Below are positions 39,464-54,390 of a DNA stretch of 64,000 bases, one piece after another. The position numbers were made by a program, and so were the translations under genes. The notes below the pieces were generated by a model. The model saw only the letters and a program-made list of their open reading frames with translations. It had not been told where the DNA came from and did not search any database. The stretch comes from Octopus vulgaris. Lineage: Eukaryota. The first letter of the stretch is position 1; each line of letters begins with the position of its first letter. The DNA lies in contig OX597821.1 in NCBI GenBank assembly GCA_951406725.2, forward strand, positions 106,020,001 through 106,084,000. The letters run 5' to 3'.

Positions 39464-40670
39464 AATCTAGCGATCAAAAGATCAAAACTTGTTAAATTCT
39501 TACAGAAATATAGTACTTTAGTATATAGCACTATATATTTTGTGTGACATGTATATTAATACAAAGGGTGGTTACGGCAAATATTTTCATGTAGTATCAG
39601 TTTAATGGGAATCTACAAAGAGTTATTACAAAATCATCTCTAAAATTTTAATTTGTTGTCCATAAGGCTTTTGTTTCGGATTGTAAAATAATGTTCTTAA
39701 ATCTCAAACATGGAGAATCATGCGAAATCTGACATAATCAATAAGATTATAGAAGCTAAATTAAAATCCTTACGTGAGCAATCCTTTCTGGATTTGTAAG
39801 CATTTTTACATCTCATATGAAGTCATCCTGTATTTTGCTATTTGAAATAAATTTCATATCGGTTTAATTTTCTTCAAACTTTCGAGAGCTCAATTGTTTT
39901 CACAAAACTCTAACCACTTCTTACACTTCTTTGAACAATCATATGTCAGGTTATATATCCAAGTTACATATAAAGTGCATCATTTGTAATTGATAATGCA
40001 GCGCTGACGTTCATACGGTGTACATGATATTAAATAAATTCGTATAAAAGACAGACTGTTAAGCTGTGCACTTGCAAACGGAAGCAGTTTTACGTAACTG
40101 ACAGGTTGTATTACATCTGAATGTAGATGTCATATAAACAAAATAATCGTTAAAATATTGTTTTCCAACGTTAGTTGCTGAATATAACACTTGATAAAAC
40201 CCGTTGTCAATATAGGTGAAGAAGTGTTAAAGAATTTTTGTAGAAAAACGCCATTGAATAATGTAATGAAAATAATTGGAGTCTAGAAGAGCATATGAAA
40301 AACAGAATGGCTTCAACGAGAAATCTGATAAGAAACGTTGTGCTGATCAATTACGCACCTCCCATCCTTTTATCATTCTCTCTTTCTCTCCTCCCTCTCC
40401 TTTTCTCTTACTCTCATTTGCAGACTCAAAAGAACCCACATATCAATGCATGTATACATATGTGTCTTTATGTGCGATTTTATGTCGTGCTGTTACGCTC
40501 ACGAAAATACATCTAGTCTTGAGTTGTGTGTGTGTATATGTGTGTGCTTGCGTGCGTGTGTGTGTACATACACACACACACACACATATATATACATATT
40601 TATATATGCACATATATATATATATATATGTATTTATGTGTATATATATATTTATACACAGATGCACACG

Positions 40671-40730
<60 letters not shown>

Positions 40731-40851
40731 TGCATTATAATGCATTTTAGTAGACATTCATATATTCCTATATATGTTTATATAGATATAAACGTGTCTA
40801 ATGCACACACATCCATCCATCAATCCATCCATCCCTATGTAAATATACACA

Positions 40852-40922
<71 letters not shown>

Positions 40923-43798
40923 TGTTTGTGTGGGTGTTCAAAAGTGTCAGTACGGTTTGTAAGTATTTAACAAAATATATTTGTGTTAATTCCATTATGT
41001 AATCCAAAGACGTATTTTTTCTTTTAAATTCGGCGAATAACATTAGACAGTTAAGAACTCAATAACATAATGGTTTTGTAAATATAAGAAAAAATAACTT
41101 AAATGAGTTCAATTGCATTTTCAATGCAAGCATTTTCGTTTCAGCATTCATATAAGTTTTTCTTCCTTCCAGTATAAAGAAGAACATCTATATTTAAGTA
41201 ATGCTCTCTGTAATCGTAGCAAAAGAAATAAATTTCATCAGGAGGAGGATGAAATGTTCTTTCTGAAACTTTGCTATTAAAACGTAATAGCTTTGAAAGT
41301 ATGAACTGCGTAAAAGAGAATAAAAAGATACGTTAAACGTTTGATAGCAAAAGAATGACGCAAGTTGCTTAAACAGCTTCTCAATTATATATCCATCGAT
41401 GTGTCTATGCATGTGTATACATACGTACATACATACCTATATACATATGCATACATGTATACATGTATACATATAAACACGCACACACTTGTGTACAGGC
41501 ACGCACGCAGACGTGGTTGTTTATGTGTGTATATGTCAAAGTGAAATCTATTTCATTTACGTGAAGAAATATTGCAATCAACGAAACTTCACCTCGAAAA
41601 TATTTGACTCGAACAGTCTTGAAACTTATTACTTTCAAAATTTTAATGTAGATGCACAGCAGAATAGATCTGATATTTGACATCAGCGCTAACCTTTGGG
41701 GACATAATTCGGTGTAGGCAGCGCTAAGAAATCTTATGGAAATAAACAATCACTTCGGATGGCTTGCTGCAACTCTAGCACTTCCTTCTTTTAAGCTCAA
41801 ATTTTGTCGCTTTAAAATTTAATACAACTGTAGGACAAGTAAAATCTTGCTATGCAGTTCTTTTCGTAAATGTATGTGGAAAACATAAATAATCATGTCT
41901 TTCTACTGAATATCATGTTTGTCGACTTGCCAAACACATCATGTTGAGAATCATCCGAAGTATTTACATTGCACTGAGTACTCTCTCTTCCCCTTAGCCT
42001 TCACTCAGGCTTTATTTCTGATATTAATTAACGTTTAGATGTTTTCTTTAAGGGAAGGAAAGAAAGATATTGTTAGACTGGTGTATTTTTATATCACCAT
42101 TAATTGTTCTCTGGTTCATTCAGAAATGTACAATGATCAACAACAAAGGGGTGTGAAAATAATGTGAACATCTGTAGGAGAAGTAAATATAACTTTACAG
42201 TTCATCAAAAGAAGAAAAAAAAAAACACTGCATATGTAAATTGATATGAATTGCCTAAATTTGTTTGGATAGGGAAATTGATGCATCTAAAATTACTGAC
42301 TTCTTTCAGAATTTGTTCATGTTTTATACCGTCGTATTTTTACGCAGATTTATATCGGAAACATGTATGCATGTTAATGATGCTGCTGCTGATGATGGTG
42401 GTGTTGATGATACTGGTGATGGTGGTGGTGAATATGATACCACTTATCATCATCATCGTCAACAATGTACCATATGCTATTGAATGCAAACATTTTGGTA
42501 TGACTGTATTTTTAAATATCAAACAAAATTGAAAGCATTTCAATTTCTATAGCACCCAACATGCATTTATAAAAATGCAATATCATAAATGAATGAATAA
42601 ATTGATGAACAAATACATTGATAAATTTATAAACAAGAAATAAATAAATGTTTTTTTTTTTATGAGAAAAGGAAGCATATCCACAACAATATTTTTTAGG
42701 CGTGTCCTTCATAACAGGCGTGTCTTTCATAACAATAAAAAACTGAAATAGATTTTTCAAGTTATTTACTTAACTTACTTGTTATTGAGAGCGAAATATT
42801 TTGAGATGTAAACTGAGATATATGTTATATGCTAACCGATTTATGACCAATCACCTATCTACAAATTTGGGGAACACAGCCATTGTTCCTAGTGAACTAT
42901 TTCAAGATACATACAAAATATAATCCCTTAAACAGGAGATAAACTAAGCATTATCAAGGAAATTGGGAGGACGTATTCTCAGACTTAACGTAAAGATTTT
43001 TTTGTGTAATTACGTCATTTTATTTATTTAGCATACGAATTTATCACATTTTAAAAGACTTCTATCACTGTTTGTATATTAGTTCTATATACATATATAT
43101 ATATATATGACAGGCAGCTAGTGTTATCCATTCTGTTAATACTATGATATTTAGAGTATAAATCATATTTTGATTATATTGTGTAAAATATTCTGAGATA
43201 TTTCTACAATTAAATATTCGAAGGTAGAAGTGTTTTAAAAGAAGCATAAAAAACGAAATTTAAATGCTTGAAGGGAAAATATAGAAATTCACAAAAATAT
43301 GGAGGTATAATTTAAGTTAAAGCATTAATTAATGCTTTAAGACACATTTGCTTTTACAAATGAATATTACAATATTTTTCTCAGATTCAACAATCAGTCC
43401 CCTTTAAGAAGGAATTGAACGATTCAAATCCAATGCTTATTGAAATTAACATAGGTCACATTAACGTATTGACCTCATCTGCATTTTAGAATTTGATACT
43501 CATAGAATCATAAATTATATAAAATATGCCACGAAGTAAAATGCCTTTCACGTATAAGGTTGATATTGCTATGCGTTTCTAACTGATTATCATTTGCATT
43601 AAATCAGGCAAGAGCTATGTTTATACCTTTCTTCGTTGGATATTTTATATTCATTCAAATCCATTTGAATTTTATAAAACAAATTATGACTGCCATATGT
43701 CAGTGCATTAACACTAGCTGTTCTATTACTACATCCACCCCGATTTACTGCAATTTTATATTGAGCACCTGATTTGGTTCATTTCTCATTTCTTACAG

Positions 43799-43977
43799 AT
43801 ATGATGACCGAAAATCGATATCCGATATTCATTTTCATTTGTTGTGGCCATCTTTTTGAGGGATTAATATTTTAGAAAAACTGTATTATTACTTCAGAAA
43901 TCAAAGGGCGTATTGTTGGATTTGGGTTCTTTCAATTCTGCAAATACCACTAAATTCGTTTCATCTCTTTACCTGAG
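43799..43977 (+). other. Candidate non-coding exon (179 bp)
   Basis: Acceptor tttctcatttcttacAG| and donor GAG|gtaagc. All three frames contain stops. Confidence 0.3.
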
Positions 43978-44695
43978 GTAAGCTCCAGTATGTGAAATAT
44001 TATATTCTAATGCATTCGTCAAGATTTTCGATAACAACTATGCAACATATTCATATGCTACTCTGAAATCTGGACATTCGGCAAGGCATTATAATAGATG
44101 TTAGCTATTACAAAATTGAAGGATCTGTGAAGATGAGAATGCAATAATGGTAATGCACACTTTAATTATTCTTATAAGGGTAATGTACATATATATGAAC
44201 GTTCGAGTATTGCTGCAAATCATATGTGGTGCATTGGAGCAAAGTACAAACAAACACCTGGCGTATAATTCCTGTTGTTAGACATACATATGTTCCATAA
44301 TTCAGCGCTAAAAGCTACAGAAGGGAATAATTTAAATCATATATTGCACATACATTGAGTAAATATTATTGGAAAAAGCTCCATAGTAAATGTAGCACAT
44401 ACTTCAAGTTATACAATAACCTATTTGTTGAAATGTTTTACTGTACACTGCAGATAAATCTTAAATATAATGCAAATACAACACTGAACATTTATTATCA
44501 TTTTGCTTTGCAGCCTATGGTTAGTTGTTGGACGTACGATAGCATTTATATACTTATTAATTTATTTATTCATTTATGCATTTATTTATTATATTGCGGT
44601 TATCTCCTTCAATAACGAAACCCTATATACAACTTAAGCTATACCCAGCCTTCTACTTCTTATTTGACAAAAGACGTAATTTTTATGCCGAATAA

Positions 44696-44910
44696 GGCGC
44701 TGAGTAGCAAAAGCGTTAGCACGCCGACCCAAATTTTTAGCGGCATTTCGCCCGGCTCTAAGTCATAAGATCAAATTAAATTGAGGCCGAAATTGCTTTT
44801 CCTTAGGGCTCGATAAAAAAAAGTACCTGTTAAACACAGGGGACATTGTAATCATCATTATTAATTCCTTCGAAATTTGCTGGACCAGTCAGAAGTTTGA
44901 AACCAATATT
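44696..44910 (+). mobile_element. Degenerate SINE (family of 36692-36925)
   Basis: cgttagcacgccg...tagcggcatttcg...ctcgataaaaaaaagtacc. Confidence 0.7.
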
Positions 44911-45043
44911 TATGCCGATTGTTTCCATGGAACATCATTAATATTTTTCGCATATCAAAGACAGATTCATCCCGTTTTTCACACTCTATGTACTTATATT
45001 CTAGCGGCAAATAGTTCATAATTTTGTCCATATATATAAACCC

Positions 45044-45101
<58 letters not shown>

Positions 45102-46760
45102 GTGTGTTTGGGAGTGTGTGTAAAAAAATTATAACGGCCTTATTTTGCAACTGATTTTTTTCAAACTGGGATCATACATTATTTATGTTCCAGTGATAGT
45201 TTTATATGCTTAAAGACTTTAACATAAAGAGTAACGGACCCCCTGGGTGCCCCTTACTCATTATGTTATGGGGGGTGGGCAGAAAACATTTCTAAGTTAT
45301 GAAGATAAGGGAGGTAACTCCTTGCGTAGTAACTTCAGGAATTGATTTTCACCTTTACGTTCACTTCACTTTTTATATTAGATTCTCGTCCTTGGAAGCT
45401 CTTTAAATATTTACTTCCGGTTTTTTAGTGACAGGGATGACTATATCTCTCTATCTACATCTCTCTCTATCTATTTCTGTCTATCTATATCTCTATCTAT
45501 ATATCACTATATCTCTCTATCGATCTCTGTCTCTATATCTATCTATCTCTCTGTATCTATCTGTCTGTATCTTACCTATCTATATCTGTCTTATTTTTCT
45601 AACTAGCTAGCTCTGCCTCTCTCTCTTTCTCTCTTCCCTTCTCTCTATATCTCACTCAATCTCTCTTGTTTTCACTTCCATTTTTCAGACGCTATATTCA
45701 ATTGCTACTGTAAGTTTGAATCGCTATTTACAAACAACATCGACAAATTACTGACAGAAAGAAGCTCACAATTACTGATGAAAGTAATTTCATACATAAT
45801 TTACTGACAAATGTAACTTCATAAAGTTCACTTCAATCCTACGTATATGCCTACACATTTCTTATTTATATTTGCAACGTTTTGTGTTTTTCTTGTTGTT
45901 GACTGAATTACTGATAAAAGTAGGTTCATAGTTTACTGACAGAAGTAAATTAACAATTACACTTGAATCCGTACAGTTAGTTAATTTAGCTAAAATTTCT
46001 TTATTTACATTTGCAACGGTTTTGTGTTTCTCTGTTGTTAACTGCTTTTTCTGGTTCATTGGCACATTTTGCTTCAGCCCGTACACTTCTTTGTTTTCCG
46101 TAGAAAAAAGTTATTTACTTTCTGCCCATCGTAAGAAATATAATTTCCGTTACCCAGTTATTTTTAATGTTTACTCTTTTCTGCAGCCATGTATTTCTGT
46201 ATGCGTATATAACCATGCCTAGAAGGAAAGTGTCAAATTTCTCTACAATGTCATGGTCAGCGAAAAGAATGCCTCTGTCCAAGGAAAGAGAGGCAGCTGT
46301 AGAGAGGGAAGCAAACCAAGAAACGAAGAGACTGTGCCCTTCAAATGCCAGAACATCTCAATGTGATAAACAGAGGTATACACGGCTGAAAATGAATATG
46401 ATCTCCACTGCAGAACGAAGATCAGTTGCAACAGCTCATAGAAGCAAATTCCATGAAGGAACATTAAATTATGATCCAGCAGTCCATTATGCAGATGACA
46501 CTAGAGTTTCCATCGGTGCAATGACAACTGAGTGCATACATTGTAAAGCAAGGAGGTGGCCTAGAGATACACCTGCACTGTGCTGCAGTGGTGGAAAGGT
46601 TAAACTCCCTGTAATCCCGCAACCTACAGATTCATCGAAGAAACTGTTGCCATCAACTGGTCAAGATTCCAGGCACTTTAGACTATAAAACACTGCACTA
46701 GAGATGGCATCATTTGATTCACAAGAGATTTAACTGAGCCAGGACAGATTTATCATCGGA

Positions 46761-47727
46761 CTAGCAGCATAGCCCGGCGTTGCCCGGGTATGTAAGAGCC
46801 CCTAGTAGGCAACGACTAATCCCAATCTAGTCCTTTCTAGGGAAGGAAGGCGCATGTGTAGGTTGCAATGTCTTCTCTTCACTCGAATACTTCTGTGTAT
46901 ACGATGTTCCTAGCTGTCCCTTTGGGCGAAAACATGAAAACATCATTGCGCCTCCCAACGCGTGAACAGCCCACGTAGAGTTGACCGTGGGCGAAGCACT
47001 GTTCGCCCAAATGTAACCCAGTGACTTGTAGCGTTTGGCCTTGGGATTTATTGATGGACATTGCGAAGCAGAGTTTAACAGGAAACTGAGAACGCCTGAA
47101 GTGGATTGGTAGGTCAGCGCCCGACGGTTGAAGGTGCATGCGTGGAATGAAGACGTCCTCTCCCTTCCCACAACCAGTAAGTATTGTGGCCGTTATTAAA
47201 TGTGGTGGCAAATGTTTCACAACCAGACGTGTGCCGTTGTACTGTTTAGGTGGAACCAAATTCCTGATGAGCATAATTTTAACTTCAGGATGTGTGGCGG
47301 CAGGCCTGGCCGTTCAAGTGAATTCAGGAATTCAACAGGATAATCTGCAAGCTCGGCGGTGTCTGCTGTCCTATCAATAGATTTGTAGACGTGGACATCA
47401 CCAGGAATAGCTTCAAGTAGCTGGATATTGATGGAGTTGAGAGTTAAAAAGGTCGATTTGCGTCCCCGAGACAGTCTGTGGTTTGTGTTTCTGATTCTCG
47501 ACCCCATGTCGAATTTATCGATGTATTTCAGAACTGGGGGAACTTTCGAAAATTTTCGCTGCGTTAGTTTTGAATTATGACATTGGGCTATGTGTGTGTC
47601 AAGTTTCATCAGAATCGGTTGTAAGCCGTGGTCAGGGTGAGGGTACAACCTGACAGACACACAGACACACAGACAGACACACAGACAGACACACAGACAG
47701 AGAAACTGCCGTTTATATAGAGAGAGA
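46761..47727 (-). mobile_element. Non-autonomous Helitron (967 bp) with both termini
   Basis: Minus strand starts TCTCTCTCTATATAAA after an A. It ends with a cccgg-gcaacg-ccggg hairpin and CTAG, followed by T. A^T target, no TSD. Confidence 0.92.
46879..47445 (-). pseudogene. C-terminal PIF1-family helicase fragment of RepHel
   Basis: YPVEFLNSLERPGLPPHILKLK (frameshift) MLIRNL..NGTRLVV..GEDVFIPR..FRRSQFPVKLCFAMSINKSQGQTL..FAHGQLYVGCSRV. Confidence 0.93.
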
Positions 47728-49031
47728 TTCGCTCTCTATTGCCTCTGCCAAATAAATTACCAAAATCGGCATTTCTTTGTTTATAATCTGTACCTGCTTT
47801 TGGTTACTAAATAAGATACACAAAACGTGTTTTTGAATTACGTGTATCGATTTTATATGCATATATGAGTAGAAAGCTTTCTTTAAACATTTTACTTAAC
47901 GTCTATTTTCCATACTGGCATGAGTTGGAGAGTTATGAATGTAGAAAGTTGGTATTTCAGGCACTAGCAGTGGAAAACTGCGTATTCTAAACGGCACTTT
48001 AAAATGTCATATATATATTGGTTTAGCAAGAATATAATTTCATTTTTCATAAACAGAGTTACGATTTGTTTTAGTGACTTTTGTTAATGTATGTTTTTTT
48101 TACTTTTGACACTAGCGCTTTAATGCTCTTCCAAGAAAAAAATTAGAAATTAGAACAATATGGATGTCATCCCCGCAAGACCATCTAAGACAATCTCAAA
48201 GTGAAACAACTCTTCCAAACTCACAAGAAGTTTAGAGCACACTTGTATGAGAACAAGTTCCAAAGCATGGTCAGAACGAAACCGCTGTTTACTCTTATTA
48301 GGATTAGGGTTATCATTTGAGATGACGATTAGGATTAGGATTAGCATTTTTATCTTCTAGAATCAATTCGACCCCAATCGCGAGTAGCCTGTAAGTTTCG
48401 TCTATTTGCAAACGTTCACATACCGTTGGCCTTGGTTATTCATTAATTCATTAGGAACTACATGACAACGTCTGTTCCCACGACCAAGCTTATGTAATTG
48501 TTGAATGCTAATGGTTTGTGGAGTTCGAAATTATGTCGCTAATGTCAACATTGTAACCACTCATTCCCAGACCTTTGAGTTAAAGACTCGACAAATAATG
48601 TTTATATGTAACTTATGATAAATAAAGGATAAACAATTAGGCAACAATTTGAAAAGTATCAAATTAATGATATCACATGGAGATACAAGTTGCCACTGAA
48701 AATTTGACAAAAAGTTTTCACTCAACCTGATACACACATACGCACACACGCGCACACATACATATAAAAATATACATATATACATATACACACACTAAAG
48801 AAATACTTTCATTACATATGGCTCTGTATTCTCTCCACCTTCATGGGTAAATAATATTTTAAATTACTGTGCATTAGACCTTAACTGCTTCGGTCTGCAG
48901 ATTGATGATATGCAAGGAAACTGCCTAAGCAATATCCGAATAGGTCTGCGACAAAATGACAAATATAAACGAAGATTATTCAATCAAATTAATATGTTTT
49001 CTTCCTAACGCTATAGACAGACACACAGACA

Positions 49032-49104
<73 letters not shown>

Positions 49105-49198
49105 GTTGCTTGCGAGACGTATGACCTGCTGTAGAGCGGGCTCTCTCGTTCTTACTCTCTCTTTATGTATGTATATATATGCATATATACATACATAT

Positions 49199-49261
<63 letters not shown>

Positions 49262-49295
49262 ACACACACACACACATATATATAATATGTACATA

Positions 49296-49730
49296 TAAAT
49301 TATTCTATAATTATATACATAATTATAAAAAGATGTCAGCTACGTGCCTCGCCACGTACAGAATTAGAAATAGACCCTAATATCTTTTCTACTACAATAA
49401 AACTCCTAGAAAAATAACACACTTTTAAGGTAGGCAAAAGAAAATACGTGAATTAAAATGAATTAACAAGGATCTAGTTAATTGGTGTTAATTTATCATT
49501 TTTTAAAATTTTGTCTATATTAAAAGTGTCTTATTTTTGTCGGAGATTTTATGGTCGTAGAAAAGACATTAGCATCAATTTCTAATTCAGTACGTGGCCA
49601 GGCACATAGCTGACCCCTTGATATAATTATGCAAAATATTATAGAATAATTTAAAAATTTACCTAACAGGTTTTTATTTACATATTGACTACTTGGTAAA
49701 ATTATAACTTATATTACCCTAAATTTATCA
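49296..49730. mobile_element. (TA)n-inserted PLE-type element with diverged ~145-bp inverted repeat
   Basis: Arms about 49296-49440 and 49508-49653. The tail cttggtaaaattat...taccct resembles the tail of the 54389-54918 element. Confidence 0.7.
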
Positions 49731-49751
49731 TATACATACATACATACATAT

Positions 49752-49824
<73 letters not shown>

Positions 49825-50384
49825 GGTAGATATAGATATATATTTATTTATGTTTCCGAACGAAGCGTTAGTCAGGTATAGAATGGAAAGTAAAAAAATA
49901 AGTTGGGAAAGAACAATAAACGATCATCATATGACCATACATATCTTACAGTTGTTTGGGCTTATAAAATGCAGTGAATGTATTGTTGAGTTCTTGAGCA
50001 CCACCTCATAGCCACATCAGAGCATCGAATATGATATGCAATGTGTTTGGGATAGGAAGTTAATGACATTATATGTATGTGAGTATGTATATATGTATAT
50101 TTGTATGTATGCATGCATATGTATGTACACATAAACACATGCATATGTATGTGTGTGTGCGTGTGCGTGCGTGTGTGTGTGTAAGAATCAATGAAATTCC
50201 AACTTGGCTTGATTTTAGCGTTTTATTATTAACAGTTATCTTAATTTTACAATAGTGAAATAAACTATTATTTTAATGCATTACACAAACATCAGCTTTA
50301 TGTAGTGAGTTGCGTTCCACAGTTGATAATTATCTATTTATATATCTCTATCTATCTGTCTCTCTGTCCATCTATCTATCAATA

Positions 50385-50439
<55 letters not shown>

Positions 50440-51303
50440 GTGTATGTATGTATGTATGTATGTATGTATCGTTGTATGTAACTACCATAGGGACCATCTC
50501 CTTCATTTAATCCCAGTGTAAATGCACATTAAATCCATAATTATATTAAAAACCATTAGATGTTTGTGACGGACTCATTGCAGAAATGAGTAAAATTAGT
50601 GAAATAAAATAAACTGTTTATCATGGAAACATTTTCAAAGTAAGCGTATCCTAAATGAATCCTAATTATTTGGCTTCCCTCTCTACAAAGACCTTGATCG
50701 AAACACAAACGTTATCATCAAACGTACGCAATTTTGATATCAGTCAGATATTACACATTGCTGGTAGCTGCCTGCATGAACCAATGAATTTCAGGCATTT
50801 CCAATGCTATCAGATATTACATATTATATCTGATATGAAAATTATATCAAATTTCAAATTATATGAGATATGGAAAATTCTATGATGGTTCTCTGTGAAA
50901 TACAAGCATTCATATCAATATAGATTCGCTGTGTATATGACCACAGGTCATGAGACATTCTATATATTCCTATATAATATTTTATTATTTACACTCCTTT
51001 TACAAAACTTGTTTCCGATGCTATTCATTGTTTTACCAAAGTAAACTTCCTTTCTTCTAAAATTAAGGAATAGATAAGTCGCGACTTATTCTACGCTTTC
51101 TACACATTCAAACCCATCCTGCCAGTTAATATTATTCCTTGCCATATAAAATAAAATGGGAAAAAATATGTACATACCTACATACATACTACAAACACGT
51201 AAACACACACACATGAACACATGTATGTAATTGTATTTGTTGCATTTTCCGAAGTATAGTACACATATGCACACACACACACACACACACATATGTGTGC
51301 GAT

Positions 51304-51364
<61 letters not shown>

Positions 51365-51609
51365 GATACATATATGAAAGAAGGTTTGAAAATGCAAAAG
51401 ACTTTTAGAGATGTTTATTGGTTTAACCGGTTTCAGTTTTTTAGAAAAAGAAAAGATTGTCATAGTAAAATGTAAAGCTTTGTATTAACTTTGGTGTTCT
51501 AAGAACTGGTTATCACAAAAGTATTAAAATACAGTCATATATTCTTTGATAATGATAAGAATATGTGACTATGTGTCTTGTGTTTGTCGGGGAGGTGTAT
51601 ATATATATA

Positions 51610-52362
51610 TTGAGTTGTCCGGAACGTTCATGCCGATTTTTTGTAGCTTACATTTCGACATATTTTAGAACATCGTTGAGTCCATAAAATAGTATTTCAC
51701 TACACCTCCATTTAGAGCACAGTTACAGATATCTTTTCGTGGCAGGTTTATGTTCCTATAACCTGTGTTAATTCTGTAACCCTTCAAAAGGGAAGATGAG
51801 AAAGTTCATTTTCGGCGTTTGATGCTTTTCTTTTTCCGTAAAGGGAAAATTCCTTACAAGTAACCAAAGAAATATGCGCAGTTTACGGTGATGTTTCTTT
51901 ATCCGAAAGAACTGTACGGAGCTGGTTCGCAAGGTTCCGAGCTGGAGATTGTAGCCTTATTGTGAAAGAGCGATCATACAGACCATCCACTATGGATGAT
52001 GACCAAATCAAGTCATTAATTGAGAATAACCCACATGGCGCAAACCGAATATTGGCAAAAAGCTTCAACCTGTCAAAATCCGTCGTTCATGAGCACCTAG
52101 TAATGCTTGAATACATAAATCGCTATGATGTTTTGGTACCACATAAGTTGAGTGAGAAGAACCATTTGGATTGCATTTCCATCTGAGATTCGCTTTATAT
52201 ACGGAATGAAAATGTACCTTATTTAAAGCAAATTGTGACAGGTGATGAGAAATAAATTAACTACCGAAATGTTCAGAGCAAGCGATCCTGGAGTAAGCGA
52301 CATGAGCCACGGTTAGCCACCCCAAAAGCGTGTCTTCACCCTAAAAAAATCTTGCTTTGCTG
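51610..52362 (+). mobile_element. Mariner transposon 5' half, transposase pseudogene
   Basis: TA then TIR ttgagttgtccggaacgttc. EDEKVHFRRLMLFFFRKG, VYGDVSLSERTVRSWFARF, LVPHKLSE, IVTGDEK*I, LHPKKILLC. Confidence 0.92.
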
Positions 52363-53410
52363 CATGCACCTTATCCGTTGTAAGTGCTTCTATTTTTTAT
52401 AAATGCTGCGTTATTTGTCTTATGTTATGCAATATCCGAGGATAATTGCAGAAAGTTTGAAAGCCGTGATTTGTAAAGCACTAATAGATCACAGTTGTGT
52501 AGAAATGTAAGTTGTATGAGTAGTTTGTATAATTATAGGTATTTTTGCGTTGGTTATATGTTATAAAATGAGAACGTGTAGAGTGTGTTGTATTGTATTG
52601 GATGGTTATTGCTACGTGTATGCGAAGTAGGACTTCACCACCAGACCATGAGTCTTGTGCGAGCGAGGTCAAATCTTTTGACTCTGCAAGTACATGATTC
52701 ATTTCTCAAAGGCGTCAATTTTGCCTTCCAACAGTCTTTGGTCGATGGTATTATGTACCATGCGACACGAAGACCTAATATATTAACTAATCATGCACCT
52801 CAAATTGGTGTGTTTAATTTTCACTGAATTCTGTGCATTTACGTTTATTTTTGTTTCTTGTGGTGGTGGGTCTTACATAATATATATAAATAATTTGGAC
52901 ATTTGTAAATGTGCTGGCTGTAATACGTTTCCAAGCGTTTTTTTTTTTCGTCTGCTGTTATACGGTAAAAATTCTTAGTCTAGTCAGTGTGGCTGATTAA
53001 AACAGCCGTTATGTGTATTAGTGTCAGACATTGAAGATATAGAAATTGCTTTCGGCTCGCTTTAAGAAAACTAACACTGCTTTCTTTTCAGATTAAAAAT
53101 TGATTTATCATGCATGTACGACCGTGTTTTATGTTTGTATTGAGTCGGTTTGTTTAGTTTCGTTTGTCATTGAGTAGGTGTCTCTGTTATGAAAATATAT
53201 AATTTTACATCAGATCATTCAACCTTACATAATTTCGTACACTTACTTAGATACACACACACACACATGCACATACGCGCACATACACACACGCACTCAC
53301 ATATTCGCGTATGTCTTTTGTAGTGTGTGTAACAAGCTCACTACATATATATGAATGTATTTACACACATACGTATATATGTATGTGTGTGTATGTATGT
53401 ATGTATACAC

Positions 53411-53442
<32 letters not shown>

Positions 53443-53510
53443 CATGTAATTATATATATATATATATTTGTGTTTACATACACACACGTATATATATATA
53501 TATATTTAAA

Positions 53511-53552
<42 letters not shown>

Positions 53553-53617
53553 TATATATATATATATTGAAAGAGAGAGAGAGTAAGCGACAGAGATAAA
53601 TAAATAGGTTGATAGAG

Positions 53618-53650
<33 letters not shown>

Positions 53651-53651
53651 T

Positions 53652-53708
<57 letters not shown>

Positions 53709-54353
53709 AAGATAGTAAGGCAAAGGTGGGAAAGATAAATATTTGCGAGCATGTATATATATATATATAAAAGCATGTGTGCAAAATTCTAGAAAAGGAT
53801 CAAGAAAAAACGCATACTTTCTAAATATATTGAATTTGATTTTGTGGTAGTTGATACTCGTAAAAATATATAGAAATTTTAAAGACAGTTTTGTGAACAA
53901 GCATCACAATTGCCTAATACAGAGATTTTCAATAAAGTTTCATGTCACTATTCTTGAAGCAAAATAGTAAAATAAAAGTAATTATTTAAAAACAGTTTCC
54001 TGTCTTCTCAGAAATGTTAACATAAGGTAAAGAAAACATAGATTTCTCTTATTTATAAACGACTACTTTGTCATAACAACAACAACAACGCACCCTATCT
54101 TTCTCATATAGATATAATATGCTGAGGATATGAATACACTATGAATTTATGCATTGAAACATATGAGGGCATACGTAAGTACATATCTATATAGTAACAT
54201 ACATATAAGTAAGCATGCACACACATATTTATACATATGTGTGTGTGTGCATGTGTGTGTGTGTGCGTGTATGTGTCTGTGCGCGTGTATGTATTTATAT
54301 TTATATATATATATATATGTATGTATGAATATATGTACATATATGTATATGTG

Positions 54354-54388
<35 letters not shown>

Positions 54389-54390
<2 letters not shown>

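Larger units (their letters stand above)
45027..47800 (+). mobile_element. Decayed host Helitron (5' region and RepHel N-terminus), interrupted by a second Helitron
   Basis: ORF from 46215: MPRRK...IGAMTTECIHCKARRWPRDTPALCCSGGKVKLP (Helitron Zn-finger-like region), then MASFDS and GQIYHR|IRSLLP split by the insertion. The 5' boundary (tccatatatataaa + (TG)n) is tentative and no 3' end was found. Confidence 0.8.

Noticed and set aside
48296-48345. TTAGGG/TTAGGA telomere-like repeats
   Set aside because: Only a few degenerate units, too short to call an interstitial telomere.
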